A stretch of 20,000 nt of DNA from a bacterium UBP13_UBA5359. GTDB taxonomy: Bacteria > UBP13 > UBA5359. Location: positions 51,734 to 71,733 of the forward strand of contig DHPR01000015.1 of assembly GCA_002410925.1 (NCBI GenBank). Direction: 5' to 3'. Both the position numbers and the translations under genes were made by a program. Every line of letters starts with the position of its first letter. The stretch's first letter is position 1. Shown one piece after another: positions 1 through 7,152 of this stretch. Below the pieces are notes generated by a model. That model searched no databases, was not told the origin of the DNA, and saw only the letters and a list, made by a program, of their open reading frames with translations.

Positions 1-2
1 GT

Positions 3-584
3 TTTGCGGAGATAGGCGACGCCTTTGCTACCGGCAGCAGCATCATGCCGCAAAAGAAGAACCCCGATGTCGCCGAGCTGGTGCGCGGCCGTAGCGGCCG
101 TGTCTTCGGTCACCTGATGAGTATATTGACCGTGCTCAAGGGACTGCCCATGACTTATAACCGCGATTTGCAGGAGGACAAGGAAGGGCTTTTCGATGCC
201 CTGGATACGGTCAGCGCTTCGCTGAAGATATATGCCTCTATGATTCGGGCTACCGAGTTCAAACCCGATAAGATGTCCGATGCTCTGAAGATTGATTTCT
301 CCGATGCCACCGATGTGGCCGATTACCTGGTGCGGCGCGGCATGTCCTTCCGCGAAGCGCACGAGGCGGTGGGCAACATGGTGCGCTATTGCCTGGACGA
401 GCACAAAGTGCTCTCATCCCTGCGTTTGGAGGAGCTGCAGCGCTTTTCCGATCTCTTTGACGATACCATATATGACGCTCTGGGCATCATGAACATCATC
501 GACGCCCGCAGGCATCCCGGCGGTACCGCCAGAGATTCTGTTACCAAGGCTCTGAAGCAGGCCAGCGAGCGGCTGCGACAGTAA
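3..584 (+). CDS. argH: Argininosuccinate lyase, 3' part (5' end lies before the window)
   Basis: The frame is open from position 3 (FAEIGDAFATGSSIMPQKKNPD). It has the fumarate-lyase superfamily signature GSSxMPxKxNP, ArgH-typical LKGLPMTYNRDLQEDKE and ATDVADYLV...FREAH. Stop TAA at 582-584. The ATG at 45 is internal. Confidence 0.96.
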   Translation, partial: FAEIGDAFATGSSIMPQKKNPDVAELVRGRSGRVFGHLMSILTVLKGLPMTYNRDLQEDKEGLFDALDTVSASLKIYASMIRATEFKPDKMSDALKIDFSDATDVADYLVRRGMSFREAHEAVGNMVRYCLDEHKVLSSLRLEELQRFSDLFDDTIYDALGIMNIIDARRHPGGTARDSVTKALKQASERLRQ

Positions 585-591
585 CATAGCT

Positions 592-741
592 TTGCGAGCG
601 GCCGAGGTATCCAAGGCTGAGAAGCAATTCTACTATATCAGGATGAATATCCCGGTCAATAATGCTGTGCCTATCAGCAGGCGTTATCTGAAAGGGGCCG
701 GAGGCATAAAGAAGCTCTGGGAAATGTTTTATAGCAATTGA
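592..741 (+). pseudogene. Possible C-terminal fragment of a LytTR-domain protein (49-aa open frame)
   Basis: Hand translation gives LRAAEVSKAEKQFYYIRMNIPVNNAVPISRRYLKGAGGIKKLWEMFYSN*. VPISRRYLK resembles the conserved LytTR C-terminal motif (IPVSRRY.K). There is no convincing RBS and no N-terminal part of the domain. Confidence 0.3.
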
Positions 742-767
742 CAAAATCGCTCTCTCCGTGCTACCTT
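738..767 (+). promoter_or_regulatory. Sigma70/SigA-type promoter for the MFS gene
   Basis: TTGACA (738-743), 18-bp spacer, extended -10 TGcTACCTT (759-767). Confidence 0.5.
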
Positions 768-810
768 CGAATAACCGGTCAAATTTGCAGACGGAAGAGC
801 GTTTTTACTT

Positions 811-2037
811 ATGAATAAAAACTGGAAGAAAAAGGTTTTTCTCTTTCTGCTCAGCCAGACGATATCGCTCTTCGGCTCGACTCTGGTGCAGTATGCCATT
901 ACCTGGTATATCACGCTCAGGACGCAATCCGGCGCCATGATGACCATATCTATTATTTGCGGTTTTTTGCCTACCTTTTTCCTCTCTCCCTTTGCGGGTG
1001 TGTGGGCTGACCGCTATAATAGAAAAACGCTTATTATTCTGTCGGATTCCATGATTGCAATAGCAACTCTTCTTTTAGCCGTACTCTTTTTTATTGGTTA
1101 TGATGCAATATGGTTGCTCTTTGCGATATCCGTCGTACGTGCCCTGGGGGCAGGAATTCAATTGCCGGCGGTGGGGGCCTTTTTGCCGCAATTTGTGCCG
1201 GAGGAGAGGCTCGTCAGGGTAAATGCGATAAACGGGAGCATGCAATCAATGGTTACATTGCTATCCCCGCTGCTTAGCGGTGCTCTTCTGGCTATGGCCA
1301 CCATTGAAGCCATATTCCTTATCGATGTTATTACGGCAGCCATAGCGGTTTTGATAATGCTTTTATTTTTGCGTGTGCCCATTCATGCAAAGGCTGCCTG
1401 CAAGCAATCGATCAGCTATTTTGGCGATATGCGAGAGGGCTTTGCTTATATTAAAGATCATGACTTCGTTAGAATATTCTGTTTTTTTAACATAATCTTC
1501 TGTGTGTTAATTGCGCCGGCTGCTTTTTTAACGCCGCTGCAGGTCACCCGCAGTTTCGGCAGCGATGTCTGGCGCCTGACGGCCGTAGAGGTTATCTTTT
1601 CCATCGGCATGGTCATCGGCGGCATCATAATGGCCTCCTGGGGCGGCTTTAAAAACAGGGTTTGTACTATGGCGCTGGCAAATCTTATTATCGGAGCCTC
1701 TACTTTGGCGCTTGGAATCGTTTCTGCTTTTGGAATTTACCTGATTTTCATGGGATTGATTGGATTGGCTATGCCGATGTTCAATACACCCTTTATGGTT
1801 TTATTGCAACAGAAGGTAGCGGAGGATTTTTTAGGCAGAGTCTTTGGTGTTTTCGGGATGATTTCAAGCGTTATGCTGCCGTTGGGCATGCTGATCTTCG
1901 GGCCTGTAGCTGATTTTGTTAAAATAGAATGGTTGCTTGTGGCGACCGGTTTATTACTGCTTATACATGGCCTTTTTATCTTGGGCAATAAAGTGCTGAT
2001 TAAGGAAGGAAAGCCGCTTTCGAAAGCTGTGACATGA
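811..2037 (+). CDS. MFS transporter, DHA3/Mef(A)-like efflux family (about 12 TM)
   Basis: 408 aa and very hydrophobic. MFS motif A (AGVWADRYNRK). The N-terminus (NWKKKVFLFLLSQTISLFGSTLVQYAITWYITLRTQSG) and QQKVAEDFLGRVFG are typical of Mef(A)-related exporters. Substrate not determinable. Confidence 0.88.
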   Translation: MNKNWKKKVFLFLLSQTISLFGSTLVQYAITWYITLRTQSGAMMTISIICGFLPTFFLSPFAGVWADRYNRKTLIILSDSMIAIATLLLAVLFFIGYDAIWLLFAISVVRALGAGIQLPAVGAFLPQFVPEERLVRVNAINGSMQSMVTLLSPLLSGALLAMATIEAIFLIDVITAAIAVLIMLLFLRVPIHAKAACKQSISYFGDMREGFAYIKDHDFVRIFCFFNIIFCVLIAPAAFLTPLQVTRSFGSDVWRLTAVEVIFSIGMVIGGIIMASWGGFKNRVCTMALANLIIGASTLALGIVSAFGIYLIFMGLIGLAMPMFNTPFMVLLQQKVAEDFLGRVFGVFGMISSVMLPLGMLIFGPVADFVKIEWLLVATGLLLLIHGLFILGNKVLIKEGKPLSKAVT

Positions 2038-2091
2038 TTCTTAGGCCATTATAACGGAGAATAATAAATGAAAAATCGACTCAAAATGAAA

Positions 2092-2121
2092 TTGACCCCT
2101 CTTTCCGGAACATGTTAAAAT
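2092..2121 (+). promoter_or_regulatory. SigA-type promoter for the cdaA-glmM operon
   Basis: TTGACC (2092-2097), 18-bp spacer, extended -10 TGtTAAAAT (2113-2121), about 40 nt upstream of the cdaA ATG. Confidence 0.55.
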
Positions 2122-2162
2122 AAAGTATTACCGTTCCTCGAAAGGATTGTGAAAAGCGGCCG

Positions 2163-2999
2163 ATGCATTTGCCCGTGATAGTTTCTAGGATTCTCGATGC
2201 ATTGATTATTGTATGGGCATTTATTATGCTCCTGCGGCTTATACGCGGTACCAGAGCAGTTCAACTGCTGAAGGGGCTGGCGGTAATCCTGGTCGTTTTT
2301 TATCTTACGCGTCTTCTTGATCTGGTAGCTACCAATTGGCTTTTACAAAAGCTTTCTTATATGCTGATGGTAGCCGTGCCCATAGTTTTTTATCCGGAAT
2401 TGCGGCGGGCATTGGAGCAGCTTGGACGCGGTTGGTCGTTAAGCGGCAATACTTCATTGATTTCCGATGAAGCGGTCAAGAATGTAATAGGAGCGATTGT
2501 TGAGGCGGCCGGCTACCTGTCATCACGTCGGCAGGGCGCTATTATTGTAATAGAGCGGGACAGCGGGCTGGGTGAGTATGTGGAAACTGGAACCTTGCTA
2601 ATGTGCACTGTTTCATCTGAGATTATCGAAACCATCTTTCAACCGCAAACACCGCTGCATGACGGAGCGCTCATACTGCGTGGCGAGACACTGCTGGCGG
2701 CCGGTTGTTTTCTGCCTCTATCGGATAGGAACGATCTGCCTCAGTATATGGGGACCAGGCATCGCGCTGCTGTTGGCATAGCTGAAGAGACAGATGCGCT
2801 GGCTATGGTCATCTCTGAAGAGACAGGTCGCATATCGATGGCTGCCGACGGTAAAATCTTCACCGGATTAACTCTGGAGAACCTGGAAACCGTGTTGGGA
2901 GATTTTTACAGGAATTATCGCAGAAGCTTTCAGCTTCTGTCGGCAGATGATATCAGTTTGAAATTCAGAGAGCGGAAAGAACAAAGAGCAAATCGATAG
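2163..2999 (+). CDS. cdaA: Diadenylate cyclase CdaA/DacA (membrane-anchored DAC domain)
   Basis: N-terminal hydrophobic helices with IRGTRAVQLLKG and PELRRALEQLGRG. Catalytic DGA (TPLHDGAL) and RHR (GTRHRAAVG) motifs, plus SEETG. Lies directly upstream of glmM, as is typical. Confidence 0.95.
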   Translation: MHLPVIVSRILDALIIVWAFIMLLRLIRGTRAVQLLKGLAVILVVFYLTRLLDLVATNWLLQKLSYMLMVAVPIVFYPELRRALEQLGRGWSLSGNTSLISDEAVKNVIGAIVEAAGYLSSRRQGAIIVIERDSGLGEYVETGTLLMCTVSSEIIETIFQPQTPLHDGALILRGETLLAAGCFLPLSDRNDLPQYMGTRHRAAVGIAEETDALAMVISEETGRISMAADGKIFTGLTLENLETVLGDFYRNYRRSFQLLSADDISLKFRERKEQRANR

Positions 3000-3037
3000 A
3001 TAGCTATGCCTCGCAAAACATTGCAAGGAGGATCGGC

Positions 3038-4420
3038 ATGGGGAACTCAAACCCGGCAACCTGCAACCGACAATCGGCAGCTATGCCTGTAAAGCGTATC
3101 TTTGGAACAGATGGCGTCAGGGGTGAAGCCAACGTTCATCTGACACCGGAACTGGCCTTCAAACTGGGGCGTTACGGAGCTTATCATCTGACGGTCGGCG
3201 GTTATCCCGCCATTATGATCGGCAAGGATACCCGTCTTTCCGGCGATATGCTGGAAGCGGCGGTAGCGGCAGGAGTTGCTTCAGTCGGCGTCGACGTCCA
3301 TCTGCTGGGCGTGCTGCCTACGCCGGCGGTGGCCTGGCTTGTCAGCCGGGCCGATATGGCGGGTGGCATAGTCATTTCCGCCTCTCATAATCCTTTTGAG
3401 GACAACGGCATTAAGTTCTTCTCCGATCAGGGGCTTAAGTTGCCTGTAGAGCAAGAGGAGCGAATAGAGGCCGGCATACTGAGCGATGTGGATAGCCTGC
3501 CCCGACCGCAGGGCCGGGATGTGGGCAAGATATGGCAGGCAACGGACGGTATAAGGGATTATACCGAATACCTCAAAACCATTCCCGGCGGAGATTTACA
3601 TGGGCTGAAAATTGTCGTCGACTGTGCCAACGGCGCCGCTAGCGGTATAGTGCCCGGTCTGCTTGCGGATTTGGGTGCGGAGGTCATAGCGCTGCATTGC
3701 GAGCCGGACGGGCTGAATATCAACGATGGTTGCGGATCATTGCATCCTCAGGTGGTACGACAGATGCTGCTGGAAAACAGAGCCGATTTGGGCTTAGCTT
3801 TTGATGGTGATGCGGATAGGCTGATAGCTATCGACGACAAGGGAGATCTTCTGGATGGTGACGATCTTGTCGGTTTGCTGGCACTGCAGCTTAAAGCTGA
3901 AGGCAAGCTTTGCGGCAATGCGGTAACGGTTACGGTCATGTCTAATCTCGGCCTGGAAAGAGCTCTGGAGAAATATGGCATATCTGTCGTTAGGACGGAT
4001 GTGGGCGATCGCAATGTTCTGGAAGAGATGCTGCGACGCGATATAGTTCTGGGTGGGGAGCAATCGGGGCATATAATTATCAATTGCTATAATACTACGG
4101 GAGATGGTGCGGCAGCAGCTCTGGCGCTGTTGAGAAGCTTGCGTCGGCATGGCAAGCCGTTATCCTCTTTGAAATTCGGTTTCGAACGTTATCCTCAGGT
4201 TCTTCTATCTGTACCCGTTTCTGACAAAGAAGCCTGGCGGAAGGATAATGAGCTTCAAACGGCCATTCAACGCATGCAGGATGAGTTGGGACGCGACGGG
4301 CGTCTGTATATCAGACCTTCGGGCACTGAAAATATGATCAGGATAATGGTGGAAGGCCCGGATAGAGATCGTGCCGAATCTATGGTCGGTGAATTGAAGA
4401 ACCTCATAATAGCTCTTTAA
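3038..4420 (+). CDS. glmM: Phosphoglucosamine mutase
   Basis: FGTDGVRG, phosphoserine loop ISASHNP, metal loop DGDADR, GGEQSGH, RPSGTE. RBS AAGGAGG at 3025-3031 supports ATG 3038. ATG 3083 (MPVKRIFGTDG) is an alternative start matching the usual N-terminus. Confidence 0.95.
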   Translation: MGNSNPATCNRQSAAMPVKRIFGTDGVRGEANVHLTPELAFKLGRYGAYHLTVGGYPAIMIGKDTRLSGDMLEAAVAAGVASVGVDVHLLGVLPTPAVAWLVSRADMAGGIVISASHNPFEDNGIKFFSDQGLKLPVEQEERIEAGILSDVDSLPRPQGRDVGKIWQATDGIRDYTEYLKTIPGGDLHGLKIVVDCANGAASGIVPGLLADLGAEVIALHCEPDGLNINDGCGSLHPQVVRQMLLENRADLGLAFDGDADRLIAIDDKGDLLDGDDLVGLLALQLKAEGKLCGNAVTVTVMSNLGLERALEKYGISVVRTDVGDRNVLEEMLRRDIVLGGEQSGHIIINCYNTTGDGAAAALALLRSLRRHGKPLSSLKFGFERYPQVLLSVPVSDKEAWRKDNELQTAIQRMQDELGRDGRLYIRPSGTENMIRIMVEGPDRDRAESMVGELKNLIIAL

Positions 4421-4476
4421 GTAAGCAAAGATGTTAAGGATACGTAAGGCTAAAAAATATAACGGGGAGCTTAAGT

Positions 4477-4890
4477 TTGTATATCATTGGTATTGGGGTA
4501 GATATAATAGAGATAGGGCGCATCAGGGCTGCATGCTTGAATAGGTCGTCATTCGTAACACGGATCTTTACAGCGGCAGAGAGAGAGTATGCCTTTGAAA
4601 AAAGTTCGCCCTGGCAGCATCTGGCAGCCAGATTTGCCGCCAAGGAGGCCGTAACCAAATCTCTTGGACGCAGCTTCTCCTGGCAGGAGGTGGAGATCAT
4701 CGGCAGGGCGGGAGCTGTGCCGATAGTCCGGCTGCACGGCAGGGCTAAGGAGATTGCCGCCGGGTTGAAGGTTTCTGAAATCAAATTGTCGCTTTCTCAT
4801 TCCAGGCAGTATGCAGTTGCTCAGGCTCTCTCTCTTGGAGGTGTCGGTATTGAAAGTAGCTTTGGCAGCGGAAATGCGCGGCATCGATAA
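4477..4890 (+). CDS. acpS: Holo-[acyl-carrier-protein] synthase
   Basis: GIGVDIIEIGRI, RIFTAAE, LAARFAAKEAVTKSLG and LSLSHS motifs. TTG start with GGGGAG RBS at 4464-4469. Confidence 0.95.
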   Translation: MYIIGIGVDIIEIGRIRAACLNRSSFVTRIFTAAEREYAFEKSSPWQHLAARFAAKEAVTKSLGRSFSWQEVEIIGRAGAVPIVRLHGRAKEIAAGLKVSEIKLSLSHSRQYAVAQALSLGGVGIESSFGSGNARHR

Positions 4891-6400
4891 ACGTGCCGCT
4901 GATGATTATGCCATCTCTCCCATCATACTCATGGAGAATGCCGGCATCTCCGTAGCTGCTGCAGCTATGGAGATGCCGGCAGGTAGAAGCGCTTCGTCCC
5001 GGGTATGTGTTGTCTGCGGTCGGGGCAATAATGGCGGGGACGGCATGGTTGCGGCTCGCCATCTCTTCAACAGGGGTATAGCCGTTTGTGTCTATCTTGT
5101 TGGAAATTTATCTGCCATGAAGGGGGAGGCGCGGAGCAATGCAGAGGTGGCCATGCGCCTTGGCATCTCTCTGACAGAGGTTCAGGATGAAGCCGGGCTT
5201 AATGAATTGCGGCACAATCTGTTGAGTTGCCGGCTGGCCGTAGATGCCCTTCTGGGAACGGGTTTTAAAGGTATGGCAGAGGGTCTGACGCTGGAGGTTA
5301 TACGTCTGTTGAACTCCACCGGCGGCGCCGTCCTGGCTGTGGATGTGCCCTCCGGATTGGATGCCGATAACGGCAAGCCGCTTCCCGAGGCTGTCAGAGC
5401 TGCGCGTACGGTAACTCTGGCTTTGCCCAAGCCCGGCCTTTTGGTATATCCCGGCATAGAGTATACGGGTATGCTTACGGTAGCGGATATATCCGTTCCG
5501 AGGAACTTGCTGGTATCCGATGATCTTAAAACTAATATTCTTACAGAGGCGGAGGCGGCCGCCATGCTGCCGTTCAGAGCACCGCAAACCTATAAAAATG
5601 CAGAGGGTATGGTGTTGGCTATAGGTGGTGCCAGAGGAATGACGGGAGCTATCAGCTTGACCGGTATAGCAGCTTTACGTGGCGGGGCGGGCATGGCCAG
5701 GCTTGCCGTGCCTGCACAAGAGCAACCGGTGGTGGCTGCTTATCATCGAGAATTGATGGTTTCGCCGGTGGACGGCACCTCTCACGGATGTATAGCTCCT
5801 TCAGCCTTGCCGGGACTTGCCGGAATATTGAACGAAGCGAATGTAGTCGCCGTCGGCCCCGGCATGACCCGACGTGACGAGGCTCTGGAGTTTGTCAGGC
5901 AGCTTTTGCGCGAGTATAAAGGCCCTGTAGTTGTTGATGCCGATGCGCTTTACGCTCTAACCCCGTCAGGGTTGAAAACAGAGGCTGGAGCAGTGATAAC
6001 TCCCCATCCCGGCGAGATGGCTCATCTTCTGGATAGCAGTGCCGCCGAAGTGCAGAAAGAGAGGTTTGGAGCTGCGGCGCGAGCAGCGGAGATATATGGA
6101 GCTGTAACCGTTTTGAAGGGTGCCGGAACTCTGATAGCGCATCCTGACGGACGCCTTTTCATTAACACTACCGGAAATTCCGGCATGGCCACGGCCGGGG
6201 CGGGAGATGTGCTGACGGGATTGATAGCTGCCCTTATCGCTCAGGGTATGGTTCTCTATGACGCAGCAGTGCTGGGCGCCTATTTGCATGGATTAGCCGG
6301 AGATCTGGCGGCTGCAGATAAAGGAAAAACCTCTCTGGTGGCCGGTGATATCATAGATTATTTACCGGCAGCCTTTGCTAGACTGGAGGGTATGGCATGA
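4850..6400 (+). CDS. nnr: Bifunctional NAD(P)H-hydrate epimerase/dehydratase (YjeF; NnrE-NnrD fusion)
   Basis: LMENAG, GRGNNGGDG, VDALLGTG and VDVPSG (epimerase). VGPG, VVDADAL, TPHPGE, VLKG and MATAGAGDVLTG (dehydratase). Start moved from 4811 to the in-frame TTG at 4850 because of RBS GGAGGT at 4837-4842. Overlaps the end of acpS. Confidence 0.93.
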   Translation: MKVALAAEMRGIDKRAADDYAISPIILMENAGISVAAAAMEMPAGRSASSRVCVVCGRGNNGGDGMVAARHLFNRGIAVCVYLVGNLSAMKGEARSNAEVAMRLGISLTEVQDEAGLNELRHNLLSCRLAVDALLGTGFKGMAEGLTLEVIRLLNSTGGAVLAVDVPSGLDADNGKPLPEAVRAARTVTLALPKPGLLVYPGIEYTGMLTVADISVPRNLLVSDDLKTNILTEAEAAAMLPFRAPQTYKNAEGMVLAIGGARGMTGAISLTGIAALRGGAGMARLAVPAQEQPVVAAYHRELMVSPVDGTSHGCIAPSALPGLAGILNEANVVAVGPGMTRRDEALEFVRQLLREYKGPVVVDADALYALTPSGLKTEAGAVITPHPGEMAHLLDSSAAEVQKERFGAAARAAEIYGAVTVLKGAGTLIAHPDGRLFINTTGNSGMATAGAGDVLTGLIAALIAQGMVLYDAAVLGAYLHGLAGDLAAADKGKTSLVAGDIIDYLPAAFARLEGMA

Positions 6401-6858
6401 AGGCAGCGGATATTATGAGCAGAGATGTAATTACCGTCACTCCGTCAACAACTGTCAGAGAGATTGCAGATATACTTAAAGCGCAGCATATAAGCGGCTT
6501 GCCGGTTACGGAGGGGGAAGATGTTGTCGGCATAGTTTCAGAGGAGGATATCATTTTTCGAGATGCTTCTTTGCGGCTGCCGGCCTTTATTCAGATACTA
6601 GACGGTATCATCTTTTTAGAAGGATTGCAGCATTACGAAGAAGCTATAAGGAAGATGGCAGGCATGAGAGCGGCCGATATTATGACTCGCGAAGTGATAT
6701 CGGTCGATCCTCATACGCCGGTGCGGGAGATAGCCGATCTAATGGTAACACATGATATAAATCGTGTGCCGGTCATAGCGGAGGGGATACTGATCGGTAT
6801 AATTACCAGGGCAGACATCGTCAGATATGCTGCCGGGCGCAGTGTTATTATTGACTGA
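6397..6858 (+). CDS. Stand-alone CBS-pair (Bateman) domain protein
   Basis: Two CBS repeats (AADIMSRDVITV...ISGLPV...VGIVSEEDI and AADIMTREVISV...INRVPV...IGIITRADI) separated by a helical insert. ATGA overlap with nnr and RBS GGAGG. Confidence 0.92.
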   Translation: MKAADIMSRDVITVTPSTTVREIADILKAQHISGLPVTEGEDVVGIVSEEDIIFRDASLRLPAFIQILDGIIFLEGLQHYEEAIRKMAGMRAADIMTREVISVDPHTPVREIADLMVTHDINRVPVIAEGILIGIITRADIVRYAAGRSVIID

Positions 6859-6944
6859 CCGACCTGGGCATAGCCCGGAACAGTAGCCTTCGTCGTCTTG
6901 TTTGAAAAAGCATTCAAAATTTTTAAAAATTTGAAGGTCGGTCG

Positions 6945-6973
6945 TTGACAATTTATACCGCTCTGATTATAAT
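6945..6973 (+). promoter_or_regulatory. Consensus sigma70/SigA promoter driving tRNA-Met
   Basis: Perfect TTGACA (6945-6950), 17-bp spacer, TATAAT (6968-6973). AT-rich, UP-element-like DNA upstream. Confidence 0.9.
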
Positions 6974-7003
6974 AAGCACGGCCAATTAAGACCGGTACAG
7001 CGT

Positions 7004-7080
7004 GGCTAAGTAGCTCAGTTGGTCAGAGCGAGCGGTTCATACCCGCTAGGTCGCTGGTTCGAGTCCAGCCTTAGCCACCA
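7004..7080 (+). tRNA. tRNA-Met(CAT), probably the elongator; CCA encoded
   Basis: 77 nt cloverleaf. Acceptor GGCTAAG/CTTAGCC, D-arm GCTC/GAGC, anticodon arm AGCGG-TTCATAC-CCGCT (CAT at 7038-7040), T-arm GCTGG-TTCGAGT-CCAGC, 3' ACCA. G1-C72 is paired, so it is not fMet. The loop UUCAUAC matches Firmicutes elongator Met rather than the CUCAUAA loop of Ile2. Confidence 0.95.
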
Positions 7081-7097
7081 AAATCAAAACCTTCAAC

Positions 7098-7119
7098 AAG
7101 GCTCTCCGGAGTCTTTTTT
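7098..7119 (+). terminator. Probable weak intrinsic terminator after tRNA-Met
   Basis: AAGGCTC-TCCG-GAGTCTT stem containing one G-U pair, followed by a T run ending at 7119. Confidence 0.6.
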
Positions 7120-7152
7120 AATATCTGCGTATTCTGGGATGGAGGATAAAAA

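Noticed and set aside
811..2037. Calling the MFS gene mef(A), a macrolide resistance gene
   Set aside because: Only family-level resemblance is visible. There is no msr(D) partner, leader peptide or mobile element.
7004..7080. tRNA(CAT) as tRNA-Ile2, the substrate of the nearby TilS, or as initiator tRNA
   Set aside because: The anticodon arm CGG-TTCATAC-CCG matches elongator Met, whereas Ile2 typically has a CTCATAA loop. The paired G1-C72 and lack of three consecutive G-C pairs in the anticodon stem exclude fMet. tRNAscan-SE 2 isotype models would settle it.
7060..7152. tRNA 3' end as an integration (att) site
   Set aside because: I saw no duplicate of the tRNA 3' end and no integrase in the window, and housekeeping genes follow directly.
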